Assembly (NCBI RefSeq): GCF_000981785.2
Contig: NZ_CP011304.1
Span: forward strand, 2,940,001-2,972,000
Length of the DNA stretch: 32,000 nt
From: Microcystis aeruginosa NIES-2549
GTDB taxonomy: Bacteria > Cyanobacteriota > Cyanobacteriia > Cyanobacteriales > Microcystaceae
Reading direction: 5' to 3'
Shown: positions 31,101 through 32,000 of the stretch, piece after piece
Position numbering within the stretch: position 1 is the stretch's first letter
Layout: each line of letters starts with the position of its first letter
Made by a program: the position numbers and the translations under genes
Notes under the pieces: model-generated
The model's database searches: none
The model's input: the letters and a program-made list of their open reading frames with translations, nothing else
Told to the model about the DNA's origin: nothing

Positions 31101-32000
31101 TAGCGCATTATTTGCAATCTTTGGGAGTAAAACCTGATCAATTAGTGGGGATTTGTCTTGAGCGTTCTTTAGAGATGATTGTGGGGTTATTGGGGATATT
31201 AAAAGCGGGTGCTGCTTATGTTCCTCTTGACCCAGAATATCCGATTGAACGGTTAAGCTTCATGTTAGAAGATGCTCAATTATCAGTGCTGTTAACGCAA
31301 CAAAAGCTAGGAGAAACTCTACCTCAACATCAAGCGCAGATTATTTATTTAGATACCGACTGGGAAAAAATTGCCGAAAACAGCCATTCCAATCTAGAAA
31401 ACAGGGTCACTCCAGATAACTTAGCTTATGTTATTTACACTTCCGGTTCCACAGGTAAACCGAAAGGGGTGTTAGTCAATCACTCCAATGTCGTGCGATT
31501 ATTTGCCGCTACAGATGCTTGGTATAATTTTAGTAGTCAAGATGTCTGGACTCTATTTCATTCCTACGCTTTTGACTTTTCGGTGTGGGAAATGTGGGGA
31601 GCTTTGTTATATGGTGGACGCTTGGTAGTTGTCCCCTACTTAATAACTCGTTCCCCCGAAGCATTTTATCAGCTATTATGTCAAGAAAAAGTAACAATTC
31701 TTAATCAAACTCCTACCGCTTTCCGTCAGTTAATTCAAGCTGAAGAATCCTTAAAAGGAAGTTTTCCCCCCTTATCAAGGGGGGTTAGGGGGGATCGTTC
31801 ATCGACAACAGATAACGATTTAAGCTTACGTTTAGTTATTTTTGGAGGAGAAGCTTTAGAAATTAACAGCTTACAACCTTGGTTTCAGCGCCATGGCGAC
31901 CAATGCCCCCAATTAGTTAATATGTACGGAATTACAGAAACTACCGTTCATGTCACCTATCGACCATTAAGTATGACCGACTTGGATAGTACAGCTAGTG
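26498..32000 (+). CDS. non-ribosomal peptide synthetase, N-terminal >=1834 aa (3' end beyond the window): FkbH-like / PCP / sulfotransferase / C / A...
   Basis: My own translation in the frame of ATG 26498 is uninterrupted to nt 32000. The ORF track shows no closed ORF here except one 66-aa out-of-frame ORF. I checked frame continuity at the PCP (28379), the C-domain His motif (29981) and the A3 motif (31421). Domain motifs are listed in the sub-features. Confidence 0.9.
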   Translation, partial: MPIMKALANHKIVITATFTSEPVEDSLSYWLKKIGFPYSIEFAQYNQVFQELLNPASLLATNQNGVNVILVRFEDWEGSKNKAELTLEQTLRDFGNALKTATMRSPIPYLVCVCPPSPTHDTTFNSLHEKLQEQLDRDLQNIPSIYLIKSQALLKTYPVQEYYDPYGEELGNIPYTLAFFAALGTILARKILALINSPYKVIVLDCDNTLWHGVCGEDGVKGVKIDAPFRALQEFIIAQQAAGKLICLCSKNQPEDVFAVFEGHPDMLLKENHLVNWRINWQEKSQNLQSLAEELQLGLDSFIFIDDNPVECAEVRANCPEVLTLQLPENCDHIPKFLEHIWAFDQLKTTQEDRQRTNLYQQNIQRQNLQKYSLSFEDFLGQLNLEIEISPMQTEELTRVAQLTQRTNQFNLTTIRRSESQIQKLCGLGELDCRVVKVKDRFGDYGLVGLLLFTAQEKSLIVDTFLLSCRVLGRGVEHKMLAYLGTIAQQKGLEQLKLIYKPTPKNQPIWDFLRTVGQEFQQEKEERYLFNFPSYIASKVNFTPLGDEHKIATKNSSKTVKRIIRSEFFEEIGNNLYDAQLILRKINSQNQRQRTQLDTEFIASRTPLEKVIASLFAEVLKLDRVGRDDDFFELGGDSIRGAILINKLQAQLNEIIHFIVLFDRKTVKELARYIEEHYPKAVTKILGKERTEINNLPQERIAEAKVLQMRSLIPALSSPIDDDNSKNPPAIFILSPYRSGSTLLRVILGGNPQLFAPPELELLGFNTLGERKAKFSGRYNFWMEGTIRTIMEIKGCNAEKAIAIMEELEEKNLTSKQFYRLLQGWLGDKILVDKTPSYSLDLETLKRAEINFDNPLYIHLVRHPLGMINSYEEAKIEQIFPYQNPFNNRELAELVWLISHQNICEFLQQVSPQRQYQVKFEDIVKQPQKTLESLCQFLGVEFNPDMLQPYQEKKQRMTDGIYAESRMLGDVKFHQHQSINPNTIEQWKDYYNTDFLGNVTWQLAESFGYPKNNNNIPQISRENPAEPQTFPVSFAQQRLWILAQLEPDSPFYNMFKAVHLQGRINIEILERSLNEIVHRHEILRTNFKEVTETPVQVIAPRATLKISVVDLQGLSGQEQSQQLQLLATEDQLQPFDLTTGILLRVTLVQLKSESSALLLTMHHIISDGWSMGVLLKELSSLYQGFLLDDGSVLSELPIQYADFTIWQRQWLQGETQGFITIQNQINYWKQQLAAAPPLLELPTDRPRPSVQTFRGGCFSFQLDAKLTASLKELSHKSATTLFMTLMAAYVTLLFRYSGQDDILVGTPIANRNYQELEGLIGFFVNTLVMRTRLEGNPSFEELLRQVRSVCTNAYANQDVPFEQIIETLQIERSLSHSPLFQVMFVLQNVAMEELENPELKISHLPLDNVNAKFDITLQMWETNTEEGNSLQGFWQYNTDLFDQNTIARMTGHFQTLLETIVTNPQESVGTLPLLTKKERYQLLLEWNNTDTPYSYTQCIHQLFEEQVKRTPDAVAVVFKGEKLTYNELNHRANQLAHYLQSLGVKPDQLVGICLERSLEMIVGLLGILKAGAAYVPLDPEYPIERLSFMLEDAQLSVLLTQQKLGETLPQHQAQIIYLDTDWEKIAENSHSNLENRVTPDNLAYVIYTSGSTGKPKGVLVNHSNVVRLFAATDAWYNFSSQDVWTLFHSYAFDFSVWEMWGALLYGGRLVVVPYLITRSPEAFYQLLCQEKVTILNQTPTAFRQLIQAEESLKGSFPPLSRGVRGDRSSTTDNDLSLRLVIFGGEALEINSLQPWFQRHGDQCPQLVNMYGITETTVHVTYRPLSMTDLDSTAS
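28300..28530 (+). other. NRPS domain: peptidyl/acyl carrier protein
   Basis: ..TPLEKVIASLFAEVLKLDRVGRDDDFFELGGDSIRGAILINKL... The phosphopantetheine Ser codon is at 28409-28411. Confidence 0.85.
28675..29525 (+). other. NRPS domain: in-line sulfotransferase
   Basis: The PAPS 5'-phosphosulfate loop is PAIFILSPYRSGSTLLRVILGGNP. Further matches are ..KTPSYS.. and ..LVRHPLGMINS... The domain is about 280 aa and sits between the PCP and the C domain. Confidence 0.75.
29581..30962 (+). other. NRPS domain: condensation (C) domain
   Basis: C1 is FPVSFAQQRLWILAQLEPDSPFYNM. C3 is MHHIISDGWSMGVL (His motif at 29981-30001). Also present are ..YADFTIWQRQWLQGE.., ..IGFFVNTLVMR.. and ..NAKFDITLQMWE... Confidence 0.9.
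30963..32000 (+). other. NRPS domain: adenylation (A) domain, motifs A1-A5 visible, truncated by the window end
   Basis: A1 LTYNELNHRANQLA; A2 LKAGAAYVPLDPEYP; A3 LAYVIYTSGSTGKPKGV; A4 FDFSVWE; A5 NMYGITETTVH. The first three specificity-code positions read D-F-W. Confidence 0.9.
31768..31797. repeat. GC-rich hairpin repeat embedded in-frame in the A domain
   Basis: ccccttatcaaggggggttaggggggatcg matches 21600-21628. It is translated as ..FPPLSRGVRGDR.. between motifs A4 and A5. Confidence 0.75.

Noticed and set aside
1-32000. tRNA, rRNA, tmRNA or RNase P genes, transposase or integrase genes
   Set aside because: I recognised no cloverleaf-like or rRNA-like segments in the intergenic regions, and no ORF with transposase or integrase motifs. 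The mobile elements seen are non-autonomous (MITE or REP-like). A tRNAscan/Infernal run would be the formal check.

Overview
This window looks like a cyanobacterial chromosome segment, most likely Microcystis-like. The taxon call is inference, based on GCGATCGC (HIP1) palindromes in core genes, heptanucleotide STRR-type repeats, MITEs and an NRPS locus. All calls come from reading the ORF translations and the DNA by eye; no searches were run.

Core metabolic genes (purL 3' end, purF, aroA, a PrxQ/Bcp peroxiredoxin, gnd, an MBL-fold hydrolase, a double-NBD ABC ATPase) are interleaved with accessory blocks:
1. A PemK/MazF-type toxin-antitoxin pair at 5.8-6.4 kb.
2. A stand-alone AAA-like (STAND-type) ATPase convergent with a WD40-only gene at 7.4-10.2 kb.
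3. Two tandem GT4 glycosyltransferases at 10.6-12.8 kb.
4. A solitary beta-class SPPY DNA methyltransferase bracketed by repeats at 13.1-14.0 kb.
5. A minus-strand block at 17.1-25.1 kb. It encodes a coiled-coil/GUN4 protein, a 2-TM protein with a perfect 6x hexapeptide repeat, a LamG + DUF2235 (Tle1-like lipase) fusion, an HExxH...EExR metallopeptidase-like protein and an ABCD-type exporter.
6. From 25.8 kb to the window end, a free-standing sulfotransferase followed by a large NRPS ORF that is open to the window edge. Its N-terminus reads FkbH-like / PCP / in-line sulfotransferase / C / A, which predicts a sulfated glyceryl starter unit.

The two most interesting candidates are the sulfoglycerate-loading NRPS locus and the LamG-DUF2235 / 2-TM / GUN4 operon.

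Several dispersed repeat families are visible:
- a roughly 90-125 bp MITE (3 copies, all in convergent intergenic regions);
- a G-rich roughly 65 bp repeat (2 copies);
- a 42 bp repeat upstream of two plus-strand operons;
- a GC-rich hairpin repeat found once intergenically and once in-frame inside the NRPS A domain;
- a palindrome-seeded 16 bp tandem array.

I recognised no rRNA, tRNA or CRISPR array.
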